From: Spirochaetia bacterium
Lineage (GTDB): Bacteria; Spirochaetota; Spirochaetia; SZUA-6; Bin103
DNA: 64,000 bases
NCBI GenBank assembly: GCA_965203055.1
Contig: OZ241863.1
Span: 1,408,001 to 1,472,000, forward strand
Reading direction: 5' to 3'
Positions 9,835 to 20,335 of the stretch are shown here, piece after piece; the stretch's first letter is position 1, and each line of letters starts with the position of its first letter. The translations under genes and the position numbers were made by a program. A model generated the notes under the pieces. That model was not told the origin of the DNA, did not search any database, and was given only the letters and a program-made list of their open reading frames with translations.

Positions 9835-9879
9835 CCGCGCCTGGCCTGCGGCGCGCCGTCAACCGGTAAGCCGCTCGTC

Positions 9880-10590
9880 GTGAGCGCGGTCCGCTTGCGG
9901 CTCTCCGTCATCATTCCCGTCTACAACGAGCGGCGCTGGATTCCGGAGCTGTTGGCCCGGGTGCTGGCGGCGGACGTGGACAAGCAGGTGGTGGTGGTCG
10001 ACGACGGGTCGACCGACGGCACCGCGGAGTGGCTGGATGGGTGGCGGGTCGGCCAGCCGGATTGGATCACGGTGCTCCGGCATCCCTGCAATCGGGGCAA
10101 GGCTGCGGCGGTCCGCACCGGATTGGCGCAGGCCGACGGCGACTGCGTCGTCATTCAGGATGGAGACCTGGAGTATGATCCGGGCGACTACCCGCGGCTG
10201 TTGCGGCCGCTGGCGGAGGGCCGGTGCCGGGTGGTCTACGGCTCGCGGTTCCTCGGCCGCCGGCCGCGCATGTTCTTCACGCAGCGGCTTGGCAACCGCG
10301 TACTGACTTGGCTGACGAACCGCCTCTACGGGACTTCGCTGACCGACATGGAGACCTGTTACAAGCTCATTGCCAGGGAGGTCATCGCGCGCATTGCCAT
10401 CGAATCGAGCGGCTTCGACCTTGAACCGGAGCTGACGGCGCGAGTGTTGCGCCAGGGGCTGGAGATCGTCGAGGTGCCGATTTCGTATTCGGGCAGGACC
10501 TACGCCGAAGGCAAGAAGATCAAGTGGCGCGACTTCGTGTCGTCGGCGTGGACGCTGGTACGGCTGCGGTTTCGCGGAGCGTCCGAGTAG
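9880..10590 (+). CDS. GT2 glycosyltransferase, DPM1/polyprenol-phosphate type
   Basis: LSVIIPVYNE, VDDGSTDGT, NRGK, QDGDLEYDP, VYGSRF, TDMETCYK and EVPISY. Confidence 0.92.
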   Translation: MSAVRLRLSVIIPVYNERRWIPELLARVLAADVDKQVVVVDDGSTDGTAEWLDGWRVGQPDWITVLRHPCNRGKAAAVRTGLAQADGDCVVIQDGDLEYDPGDYPRLLRPLAEGRCRVVYGSRFLGRRPRMFFTQRLGNRVLTWLTNRLYGTSLTDMETCYKLIAREVIARIAIESSGFDLEPELTARVLRQGLEIVEVPISYSGRTYAEGKKIKWRDFVSSAWTLVRLRFRGASE

Positions 10591-10596
10591 CGTATC

Positions 10597-11559
<963 letters not shown>

Positions 11560-11570
11560 GCGGCACGGCC

Positions 11571-12674
11571 ATGGCCTGGGTTTCAGACGCCATCCGAGCC
11601 GCGCGAGCGCGCCGCGGGTCCGGGCCGCCGGCGTTGCGGGCGCGGCGCTGGTGGCAGGCGGCGTTCGGCTTGGCGGCGAGCGCCGGACTTGGGTGGCTGC
11701 TTACCCGCAATCTGGATTGGGAAGCTCTGGGCCGGGCGATCGCCGGCTTGTCCCTCCCCGCGGTCCTGCTGATCCTGGGCTTCCTGACCGCGGGCTGGGC
11801 GCTGCGGATCGTACGCTGGTGGTGGCTGCTGCGGGTGCCGGAACCGGCGTTGCCGCTCGGCGCCTGCGTCGGGCCGTTCATAGTCGGCATGGCGGTGAAC
11901 AACCTGCTGCCGTACCGGGCCGGTGACGGGGTGCGGGTCGTGGGGTTCCGCCGCCAACTTCGATCGCCGGTGGCGCTGGTGGCGGGCACGGTGCTGATCG
12001 AGCGGTTGTTGGACGTATCGGTCCTGGTCCCGCTGTTCTTTCTCGGTTTGCTGGGCGTGCCTGCCGGCGCCTTCCCGCGCGCCTTCACCGCCGCGGTGGC
12101 TTGGCTGGCGGGCGCCGGCGGGGCCGCGCTGCTCGTCATCCTGCTGTTCCCGTCGCTGCTCGACCGTCTGCTGAACCGCATCTCCGCCAGCGGGCGCTGG
12201 CGCCGCTCCGCGCCGGGCGCGCGGTTCCCGGCCGGGCGCCGCCTGCTTCAGGGCATCGCTCGACACGGTGGGCATCTGGTGGAAGCGCTGCGCCTGCTGC
12301 ACTCCCGAGCGCGCATGGTCGGGCTGTTCGGGCTGTCGGTCGCCGCCTGGGCCTGCGAGGGGGCGGTGTTCGCGGCCACGGCCGCGGCCGTCGGGGCCGG
12401 CGGCGCGGCGCCGGCCCCGTGGTTTGCGGCGGCCGCCGGTACGCTGGCCACGGTCATTCCCAGCACGCCCGGGCACATCGGTACGTTCGATTACTTCACC
12501 GCGCAGGCTCTGGCCGCCTACGGCGCCGCCCCGGCCGCGGCCGCCGCCTTCGCGCTGACCGTGCACGCGGTGTTGTGGACGGCGTCCACCGCCGCCGGGC
12601 TGCTGTGGCTGCTCGGGTTTGCGGGAGTCAGCCGGTACGCACGGAGCCGGGCCGGCCCGGTTTCCCGGCAGTGA
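11571..12674 (+). CDS. Lysylphosphatidylglycerol-synthase TM / flippase-like membrane protein
   Basis: Multi-pass hydrophobic protein with RW, NNLLPYRAGDGVR, ERLLD and PSTPGHIG motifs. Confidence 0.8.
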   Translation: MAWVSDAIRAARARRGSGPPALRARRWWQAAFGLAASAGLGWLLTRNLDWEALGRAIAGLSLPAVLLILGFLTAGWALRIVRWWWLLRVPEPALPLGACVGPFIVGMAVNNLLPYRAGDGVRVVGFRRQLRSPVALVAGTVLIERLLDVSVLVPLFFLGLLGVPAGAFPRAFTAAVAWLAGAGGAALLVILLFPSLLDRLLNRISASGRWRRSAPGARFPAGRRLLQGIARHGGHLVEALRLLHSRARMVGLFGLSVAAWACEGAVFAATAAAVGAGGAAPAPWFAAAAGTLATVIPSTPGHIGTFDYFTAQALAAYGAAPAAAAAFALTVHAVLWTASTAAGLLWLLGFAGVSRYARSRAGPVSRQ

Positions 12675-12755
12675 GGTCTGCGCCGAACCGCGCATCCCGG
12701 TAGCACCGCGTCAGTAGGTCGCAAGGCACCGGCGGCATGCGCTATGATGCGGCCC

Positions 12756-13919
12756 ATGGCGGATACCTTGACGCAGGCTGCCCTCCGCGTACCCGGCCGG
12801 AGCCCGCAGCAGGAGCGCAATGGCGCCGGTCGGCCGCGCGCCACCGGCTACATCGATTGCGACGCCCACAACTACCCGGAGTCGATCGACGCGCTGTTGC
12901 CCTTCATGGCGCCGCGCTGGCGCTCGTTCGTGGAGCAGATCGGCTATTCCGGTCCACTGGTAAACCTCTATCCCAAGGTGTATGCCGACGCCGCCCGGCG
13001 CGACGCATACCCTCCGGGCGGCGGCAAGCCGGGCAGCGATCCGCAGTTCGCGGCGCGCCAGCTCCTCGATACGTGGGGCTTCGCCTACGCGGTGCTCAAC
13101 CCGCTCTACGCCCACTCTCAGGTCCGCAACCTGCACCTGGGCAGCGAACTGGCGCGGGCGGTGAACCGCTGGACCGCGGCGCATTGGCTGGATGCCGACC
13201 CGCGTTGGCGCGGTTCCATCGTGGTCAACATCGAAGACCCCGAGGCCGCTGCGGAGGAGATCCGCAGCGTGGCGCGGGATGGCCGTTTCGTGCAGGTGCT
13301 GCTGCTGGTGCGCTCGCCGGAGCCGTACGGCCGGCAGCGCTATCGGCCGATCTTTTGCGCCGCTACCGAAGCCGGGCTGCCGGTGGGAATCCACTTCGGC
13401 GGCGGCGGCACGCCGATCACCGCGGTTGGCTGGCCTTCCTACTACATCGAAGACCACACCGGCATGGCGCAGGCGTTTCAGTCCCAGATCATCAGTCTGG
13501 TATGCGAGGGCGTTCTGGAAGAGCTGCCGGAGTGCCGCATCGCCCTCGTCGAGGGCGGCTTCGCCTGGTTGCCGCCGTTGATGTGGAGGCTGGACAAGAA
13601 CTACAAGGGGCTCCGCGACGAGGTGCCGTGGCTCACCCGGCTGCCTAGCGACTATATCCGCGAGCGGTTCCGCGCCACGACGCAGCCGATGGAGGAACCC
13701 GACGATCCCGACCATCTGCGGCAGATCATCGCCATGCTCGGACGGGACGACTTTCTGATGTTCGCCACCGACTACCCCCACTGGGACTTCGACGCGCCCG
13801 ACCGCGCGGTTCAGGCGCTGGGAGACACGCCGTTGCGCCGCGCCGTCATGGCCGCCAACGCGCGCGGGTTCTACGACTTCGAGCGCGGTGCGCCGGCCGG
13901 CGGCGGTGCCGGGCGGTAG
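12756..13919 (+). CDS. Amidohydrolase-2-fold metalloprotein, possibly a dinuclear oxygenase
   Basis: IDCDAH, GIHFGG, YYIEDH, VEGGFAW, TTQPMEEP and FATDYPHWDFD. Alternative start at 12744. Confidence 0.85.
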   Translation: MADTLTQAALRVPGRSPQQERNGAGRPRATGYIDCDAHNYPESIDALLPFMAPRWRSFVEQIGYSGPLVNLYPKVYADAARRDAYPPGGGKPGSDPQFAARQLLDTWGFAYAVLNPLYAHSQVRNLHLGSELARAVNRWTAAHWLDADPRWRGSIVVNIEDPEAAAEEIRSVARDGRFVQVLLLVRSPEPYGRQRYRPIFCAATEAGLPVGIHFGGGGTPITAVGWPSYYIEDHTGMAQAFQSQIISLVCEGVLEELPECRIALVEGGFAWLPPLMWRLDKNYKGLRDEVPWLTRLPSDYIRERFRATTQPMEEPDDPDHLRQIIAMLGRDDFLMFATDYPHWDFDAPDRAVQALGDTPLRRAVMAANARGFYDFERGAPAGGGAGR

Positions 13920-13970
13920 CCGCGTTCGTACCGCCCCGCACGGCTCGGGCGCGGTGCTGGCGGTGCTGCC

Positions 13971-14321
13971 GTGAGCATTGACGCAGGACCGGCCGCCGCC
14001 TTTCCGGAAGGGAGCGTGCGCCGCGTCCGGGCGGGCAATCGCGCGCTGGTGGTGGTGCACCGCGGCGGGCGGCTGCATGCCCTGCGCGACCAGTGCCCGC
14101 ATCAAGGCGCCGCCCTGTCGTCAGGGCGGGTATTGGAGCAGCCCTGCGCTCGGCTCGAAGCGGGCCGGGCGGTGTTTACCGGACACGAAACGGTGTTGCA
14201 GTGCCCGTGGCACGGATGGGCGTTTCGCCTCGCCGACGGCCGCGCGCCGGCAATCCCCAACGCGCGCGTGCGGCGCTACCCGGTGCGCGTCGCCGCCGGT
14301 CGCCTCATCATAGACCTGTAA
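13971..14321 (+). CDS. Rieske [2Fe-2S] ferredoxin
   Basis: CPHQGA and CPWHGW Rieske ligands. Confidence 0.9.
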   Translation: MSIDAGPAAAFPEGSVRRVRAGNRALVVVHRGGRLHALRDQCPHQGAALSSGRVLEQPCARLEAGRAVFTGHETVLQCPWHGWAFRLADGRAPAIPNARVRRYPVRVAAGRLIIDL

Positions 14322-14377
14322 CGAACTGACTCGAAATCGCGCCGCCTCGCTGACCGCGGGGGTGAACGAACGTCCTT

Positions 14378-14430
14378 AAAAGAAGAAAGCCCGCAGCGTG
14401 ATCTCCACAGGGGAGATCACGCTTGCGGGC
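14378..14430 (-). terminator. Intrinsic terminator of the large minus-strand lipoprotein gene
   Basis: Inverted repeat GCCCGCA-GCGTGATCTCC / GGAGATCACGC-T-TGCGGGC (14389-14430), followed on the minus strand by TTTCTTCTTTT. Confidence 0.8.
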
Positions 14431-14468
14431 CGCCTTGGCGTTCGCGCGGTCAGCGCGCGATTCGCGTT

Positions 14469-17400
14469 CTAGCGCGCGGTTACGTAGACCTGAGTAAACT
14501 CCACCGGGCCGCCGAGGGAGCGCAACGCAACGCGGTCTCCTGCGGTGATCGCCGCGCCGACGTTCAGCCTGAGCTGTTCCTCTCCGCCTACCAGGAGGGT
14601 AACCGTGCCGTCGCTCTGGTAGAGCGCTTCCAGCGTCAGCGGCGAGTTCAGCGACTGTTCGATACGCCTGCTGGCAAGCCAGGCCAACGTGTTGTTGTCA
14701 CTCGACTCGTAGAACTGCAGGTGGGTCGCGTCCGTGTCGTAGAACGGATCCCGCGTCGCCCAGATCAGGTAGGAACGACCATAGTTCCAGGTATTCGCGG
14801 TATCCGGCGTATCGGAGGCGAGCAGGTGCAGGCCGAAGCCAACCTTGTCGCTCCCGGAAGGAGCGCTGGCGGTAACCCCGAACAGCATCTCCGACCCCGA
14901 CTGCGCCGCGGGTATCGTGTACTTCGCGTGGCTGGCGCCGGAGTCGGTTTGAGTCACCGTCGCGCCGCTCTCACTCCACGCACCCTCGTTCGCCAGCGCC
15001 TGCCCGTCGGTAAATCCGTTCACCAGGTAGGTGCCGCCGGTAATCAACTTGTCCCGCTGCAGTTCGGCGACGGTCCTGACCGCCCATCCGTTGTTCCGCA
15101 CGGCTACGTCGTCGATGCCGCCCTCGGCGTCGAACGTCAAGGTCAGCGTGTGCGCAAGGCCCTGGATGCCGACGTTCGACAACACCAGAGCATCGCCAAC
15201 GACTTCGATTTCCGCAGCATCCATGGTTACGGAGTCGGTGAACATGTCGTCGGCGCTGTCGAACAGCGCTTCCACCTTGCCCATGCCGCCTTGTTCGTAG
15301 CTCACCCGCACCGATACGTCTCGTCCGGCGTACTGCACTCCGGAGATGTAGATCGAGTTGGGGCCGGCGATGTTGAGCCGAGCGGACTCCAGATCGAGGA
15401 GCCCCAGATTGAGGCCCACCAACGGGACGCCCTCATCGGCCTCCGCCATCGCAGCGTCGGCCGCGTCCATTGTCATCGCAGCCGCGGCCTCGGCTGCCAT
15501 CGCCCGTTCGAGGGCCGCGTCAGCTTCCGCCCGCGCGGCTGCCGCTTCGGCCTCGGCCGCTTGCGCCCGTTCCAGGGCCGCCGCAGCTTCCGCCCGTGCG
15601 GTTTGCGCGGCGGTCGGCGGCAGGGTGACGCGGCGGATGTTGGTGACCCGCAACTGGTCGCCGCCGGCGTACTCCAACGTGCCGGAGTAGCCGACGCCGC
15701 CAACTTCGACGTTGGAGACCGCCAGCGACGCCGGGGCCACGAATTCGACCGTGGTCTGCGCCAACCCCACGGAGTCGGGGATCAGCTTGCCCATCTGGCC
15801 GTAGACCGCTTCCACGGTAGCGGAGGTGCCGCCGGTGTACTTGAGCAGTGCCGAGTAGGGCATGCCGTCGTACATGATGTTGGAGAGATAGATGGCGTCG
15901 GGACCGGCCAGAGTTACCCGCACCTGATCGACGTTGGCGCGGTTCGCATCGAGCATTTCGGCGAAGACCATCACCTGGGAAGGTTGATGGGCAGCCGCCA
16001 TCATCGCGTCGACCTGGGCCTGAGCGGCCTTCGCCTCGGCTGCCGATGCCTGCGAGGACGCCTTGGCGACCTTCACGTCCGCCGCTGCCGCCTCGGCATC
16101 CGCCATCGCTGATTGGGCGTCTGCCATGGCCGCTTCGGCTTTCGCCTGGGCAGCGCTTACTGCCGCGGCCGCGTCGGCTTGCGCCTTGGCGATGGCTGCC
16201 GCAGCTTCCGCCTGCGCGGTTTCCGCGGCGGTCGGCGGCAAGGTGACCCGGCGGATGTCGGTGACCCGCAACTGGTCGCCGCCGGCATACTCCAACGTGC
16301 CGGAGTAGCCGACGCCGCCAACTTCTACGTTGGAGACCGCCAGTGCGGCCGGGGCCACGAATTCCACCGTAGTCTGCGCCAACCCCACGGAGTCGGGGAT
16401 CAGCTTGCCCATCTGGCCGTAGACCGCTTCCACGGTAGCGGAGGTGCCGCCGGTGTACTTGAGCAGTGCCGAATAGGGCATGCCGTCGTACATGATGTTG
16501 GAGAGATAGATGGCGTCGGGACCGGCCAGAGTTACCCGCACCTGATCGAGATTGGCGCGGTTCGCATCGAGCATTTCGGCGAAGACCATCACCTGGGAAG
16601 GCTGATGGCCAGCCGCCATCATCGCGTCGACCTTGGCCTGCGCGGCCGCGGCCTCGGCTGCCGATGCCGCGGCGGCTGCCTGAGCGGCCTGAGCATCGGC
16701 CATCGCAGCTTCAGCATCGGCCATTGCCGCCTCGGCTTCCGCCTGAGCCATGCTCACCGCCGCGGCGGCGTCGGCTTGCGCCTTGGCGACGGCCGCGTCA
16801 GCTTCCGCCCGCGCCGCTTCCGCGGCGGACGGCGGCAGGGCGACCCGGCGGATGTTGGTGACCCGCAACTGGTCGCCGCCGGCATATTCCAACGTGCCGG
16901 AGTAGCCGACGCCGCCAACTTCGACGTTGGAGACCGCCAGCGACGCCGGGGCCACGAATTCGACCGTGGTCTGCGCCAACCCCACGGAGTCGGGGATCAG
17001 CTTGCCCATCTGGCCGTAGACCGCTTCCACGGTAGCGGAAGTGCCGCCGGTGTACCTGAGCAGTGCCGAATAGGGCATGCCGTCGTACATGATGTTGGAG
17101 AGGTAGATGGCGTCGGGACCGGCCAGAGTTACCCGCACCTGATCGAGATTGGCGCGGCTCGCATCGAGCATCTCGGCGAAGACCATCACCTGGGAAGGCT
17201 GATGGCCGGCCGCCATCATCGCGTCGACCTTGGCCTGCGCCGCCGCAGCGTCGGCTGCGGCCGCATCTGCGGCCGCCATTGCCGCCTCGGCATCGGCCAT
17301 CGCCGACTGGGCGTCTGCCATGGCCGTCTCGGCTTCCGCCTGAGCCATGCTTACCGCCGCCGCGGCGTCGGCTTGCGCCTTGGCGACGGCCGCCGCGGCT

Positions 17401-20096
17401 TCGGCCTTCGCGCTTTCCGATTCGGTCGGCGGCAGGGTGACGCGGCGGATGTTGGTGACCCGCAACTGGTCGCCGCCGGCGTACTCCAACGTCCCGGAGT
17501 AGCCGACGCCGCCAACTTCGACGTTGGAGACCGCCAGCGACGCCGGGGCCACGAATTCGACCGTGGTCTGCGCCAACCCCACGGAGTCGGGGATCAGCTT
17601 GCCCATCTGGCCGTAGACCGCTTCCACGGTAGCGGAGGTGCCGCCGGTGTACTTGAGCCGCGCCGAGTAGGGCATGCCGTCGTACATGATATTGGAGAGG
17701 TAGATGGAGTCGGGACCGGCCAGCGAGACGCGCACCTGGTCGAGGTTGGCGCGGCTCGGATCAAGCATCTCGGCGAAGACCATCACCTGGGAAGGCTGAT
17801 GGTCAGCCGCCATCATCGCGTCGACCCTGGCCTGCGCGGCCGCAACCTCCGCGGAGGACGCCTCCGCCTTGGCGTGGGCTGCGGAGACCTCCGCCCGGGC
17901 GGCCGAAGCCTCGGCCCGGGCATCGGCCAGCTCCGCTTCAAGAGCGGCGATCCGTTCGAGATGTTCGGCGATCGTCGTCTTCAGCGACTCGTTTTCAGCC
18001 CGCGCCTCGTCCGCCGCGGTCGGCGGCAGGGTGACGCGGCGGATGTTGGTGACCCGCAACTGGTCGCCGCCGGCGTACTCCAACCTCCCGGAGTAACCGA
18101 CCCCGCCGACCTCGACGTTGGAGACCGCCAGCGTGGCCGGGGCCATGAAGTCCAATTCGGTCTGCGCCAACCCCACGGAGTCGGGAATCAGCTTGCCCAT
18201 CGGGCCGTAGACCGCTTCCACGGTGGCGGAGGTGCCGCCGGTGTACCTGAGCAACGCGGAGTAGGGCACGCCGCCGTACATGATGTTGGAGAGGTAGATG
18301 GCGTCGGGACCGGCCAGCGAGACCTGCACCTGGTCGAGGTTGGCGAGGCTCGGATCGAGCATTTCGGCGGAGACCATCACCTGGGAAGGCTGATGGTCAG
18401 CCGCCATCATCGCGTCCATCCTGGCCTGCGCGGCCGCAGTCTCGGCGGCCGATGCCCCGGCAGCCGCTTGGGCGGCCTGAACGTCGGCCATAGCCGCTTC
18501 GGCATCCGCCATGGCGGCCTGGGCGTCTGCCATAGCCGCCTCGGCTTCCGCCCGGGCGGCGCTTACCGCCGCGGCCGCGTCGGCTTCCGCCTTGGCGATG
18601 GCTGCCGCGGCTCGTTCCGCGGCGGTCGGCGGCAGGGTGACGCGGCGGATGTTGGTGACCTGCAACTGGTCGCCGCCGGCGTACTCCAGCGTGCCGGAGT
18701 AACCGACGCCGCCGACCTCGACGTTGGAGACCGCCAGCGCGGCCGGCGCCATGAAGTCCAACTCGGTCTGCGCCAACCCCACGGAGTCGGGAATCAGCTT
18801 GCCCATCGGGCCGTAGACCGCTTCCACGGTAGCGGTGGTGCCGCCGGAGTACCTGAGCAGCGCGGAGTAGGGCACGCCGCCGTACATGATGTTGGAGAGG
18901 TAGATGGCATCGGGACCGGCCAGAGAAACCTGCACCTGGTCGAGATTGGCGAGGCTCGGATCGAGCATTTCGGCGGAAACCATCACCTGGGAAGGCTGAT
19001 GGTCAGCCGCCATCATCGCGTCGACCTTGGCTTGCGCGGCCGCAGCCTCCGCTGCCGATGCCTGGGCGGCCGCCTGGGCGGTCTGAGCATCGGCCATGGC
19101 CGTTTCAGTCTCTGCCATGGCGGTTTCAGCCTGCGCCATGGCGGCATCGGCCGCAGCTTGGGCGGCGGCCAATTCGGCTTCGAGCGCGGCTATCCGCGTG
19201 GCCTGCGCAGGGGGCAGCGTGGCGCGGCGGATTCCGGCTACCTGCAGCCGGTTGCCGCCGACGTACTGAAGTTCACCCGAGTAGCCAGCGCCGCCAACGT
19301 CCACGTTGGAGACCACGAGCCGGTTCGGCGCGAGGAAGGTCAGTTCCGTCATGCCCAGGTTTACGGAATCGGGAATCAGCTTGCCGTCGTGCCCGAAGAT
19401 TCCCTCCACCGAAGCGGTGGTGCCGCCCTGGTACTTCAGCAGGGCCGAATAGGTCTCGCCGCCGTACCGGATGGATGAGATGTAGATCGAGTCCGGACCG
19501 GCAAGGGAGGCCTGCGCCTCATCGAAGTCGAGCAGGCCGACGTCGAGCATGTCGGCCGAGACCATCACCGCGGAAGGATGATGGGCCGCCATCATCATGG
19601 CGTCGACCTTGGCCATTGCTTCAGCCTCGGCCGCGCGCGCCTGGGCAGCGTCCTGTTGCGCGGCGGTAGCGTCCGCCTGCGCCTGAGCGGCGTCCTGCTG
19701 CGCCGCGGCGACGTCCGCGCGCGCCCGCGCCGCGTCCTGCTGGGCAGCCTCGGCGTCCGCGCGCGCCTGCGCCGCATCAGCCTGCGCCGCGGCGGTTGCC
19801 GCCTGCGCTTCGCTCAGGGCGCCCTCCGCGGCCTCGGCCGCGGCTTTCGCGGTGGCCGCTTCGGAGGCGGCCGCGTCCAGTTCGGCTCGCGTAGGGGGAG
19901 TCTCGTCGGAAGGGGCGCTCAGCGTCGCGCACGCTGTCGCCATGACCGCGCATGCCGATACTAGGAGCATGCGCAGGCCCCGGAGCGGCCGCCGAGGGCG
20001 AACCGGAGTGAGAGACGAGGGATCGGGGTAGAGCTGCCGAGCTGTCGCGAACGAGCTTGCAGTGAGCGTTTCCATGTCGAGACTTATACTGTGCAT
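14469..20096 (-). CDS. Large (1875 aa) repetitive putative lipoprotein: eight beta-rich domains separated by Ala-rich helical linkers, plus a C-terminal beta domain
   Basis: SD GGAGGAG precedes ATG 20096. Basic then hydrophobic N-terminus ends in a lipobox-like MATAC. Tandem ~200-aa units; terminator downstream. Confidence 0.8.
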   Translation of the reverse strand: MHSISLDMETLTASSFATARQLYPDPSSLTPVRPRRPLRGLRMLLVSACAVMATACATLSAPSDETPPTRAELDAAASEAATAKAAAEAAEGALSEAQAATAAAQADAAQARADAEAAQQDAARARADVAAAQQDAAQAQADATAAQQDAAQARAAEAEAMAKVDAMMMAAHHPSAVMVSADMLDVGLLDFDEAQASLAGPDSIYISSIRYGGETYSALLKYQGGTTASVEGIFGHDGKLIPDSVNLGMTELTFLAPNRLVVSNVDVGGAGYSGELQYVGGNRLQVAGIRRATLPPAQATRIAALEAELAAAQAAADAAMAQAETAMAETETAMADAQTAQAAAQASAAEAAAAQAKVDAMMAADHQPSQVMVSAEMLDPSLANLDQVQVSLAGPDAIYLSNIMYGGVPYSALLRYSGGTTATVEAVYGPMGKLIPDSVGLAQTELDFMAPAALAVSNVEVGGVGYSGTLEYAGGDQLQVTNIRRVTLPPTAAERAAAAIAKAEADAAAAVSAARAEAEAAMADAQAAMADAEAAMADVQAAQAAAGASAAETAAAQARMDAMMAADHQPSQVMVSAEMLDPSLANLDQVQVSLAGPDAIYLSNIMYGGVPYSALLRYTGGTSATVEAVYGPMGKLIPDSVGLAQTELDFMAPATLAVSNVEVGGVGYSGRLEYAGGDQLRVTNIRRVTLPPTAADEARAENESLKTTIAEHLERIAALEAELADARAEASAARAEVSAAHAKAEASSAEVAAAQARVDAMMAADHQPSQVMVFAEMLDPSRANLDQVRVSLAGPDSIYLSNIMYDGMPYSARLKYTGGTSATVEAVYGQMGKLIPDSVGLAQTTVEFVAPASLAVSNVEVGGVGYSGTLEYAGGDQLRVTNIRRVTLPPTESESAKAEAAAAVAKAQADAAAAVSMAQAEAETAMADAQSAMADAEAAMAAADAAAADAAAAQAKVDAMMAAGHQPSQVMVFAEMLDASRANLDQVRVTLAGPDAIYLSNIMYDGMPYSALLRYTGGTSATVEAVYGQMGKLIPDSVGLAQTTVEFVAPASLAVSNVEVGGVGYSGTLEYAGGDQLRVTNIRRVALPPSAAEAARAEADAAVAKAQADAAAAVSMAQAEAEAAMADAEAAMADAQAAQAAAAASAAEAAAAQAKVDAMMAAGHQPSQVMVFAEMLDANRANLDQVRVTLAGPDAIYLSNIMYDGMPYSALLKYTGGTSATVEAVYGQMGKLIPDSVGLAQTTVEFVAPAALAVSNVEVGGVGYSGTLEYAGGDQLRVTDIRRVTLPPTAAETAQAEAAAAIAKAQADAAAAVSAAQAKAEAAMADAQSAMADAEAAAADVKVAKASSQASAAEAKAAQAQVDAMMAAAHQPSQVMVFAEMLDANRANVDQVRVTLAGPDAIYLSNIMYDGMPYSALLKYTGGTSATVEAVYGQMGKLIPDSVGLAQTTVEFVAPASLAVSNVEVGGVGYSGTLEYAGGDQLRVTNIRRVTLPPTAAQTARAEAAAALERAQAAEAEAAAARAEADAALERAMAAEAAAAMTMDAADAAMAEADEGVPLVGLNLGLLDLESARLNIAGPNSIYISGVQYAGRDVSVRVSYEQGGMGKVEALFDSADDMFTDSVTMDAAEIEVVGDALVLSNVGIQGLAHTLTLTFDAEGGIDDVAVRNNGWAVRTVAELQRDKLITGGTYLVNGFTDGQALANEGAWSESGATVTQTDSGASHAKYTIPAAQSGSEMLFGVTASAPSGSDKVGFGLHLLASDTPDTANTWNYGRSYLIWATRDPFYDTDATHLQFYESSDNNTLAWLASRRIEQSLNSPLTLEALYQSDGTVTLLVGGEEQLRLNVGAAITAGDRVALRSLGGPVEFTQVYVTAR
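15600..19600 (-). repeat. Seven ~600-bp intragenic repeats (an eighth, degenerate copy lies at ~15100-15430)
   Basis: Near-identical blocks encoding HQPSQVMV...IRRVTLPPT recur near 19570, 18990, 18385, 17790, 17195, 16595 and 15980. Confidence 0.9.
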
Positions 20097-20112
20097 TACT
20101 CCTCCTCCGCAA

Positions 20113-20141
20113 AGTATGACGCGCGCCCATCGTCGGCGCAA
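20113..20141 (-). promoter_or_regulatory. Putative sigma70 promoter of the lipoprotein gene
   Basis: TTGCGC-17 nt-CATACT immediately upstream of the SD. Confidence 0.5.
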
Positions 20142-20270
20142 CAAGCCGCGCGCAATTTCGGAGAGTTGCCGGACCCACGCCAAGCTTGCCTGATCGCACC
20201 GGCAGGCTGCACCCGGTCAAACGGTGGCAGCACGCCCGGCGGCACGGTCGCCCGTCGAGATCCCGGCGCT

Positions 20271-20299
20271 ATAATCACAAACGATTCGACGTGTGTCAA
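20271..20299 (-). promoter_or_regulatory. Putative second, distal sigma70 promoter
   Basis: TTGACA-17 nt-GATTAT within an AT-rich patch. Confidence 0.5.
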
Positions 20300-20335
20300 A
20301 CCCTATTTGCGAACCCGATTGCGCGCCGCCTCGGG

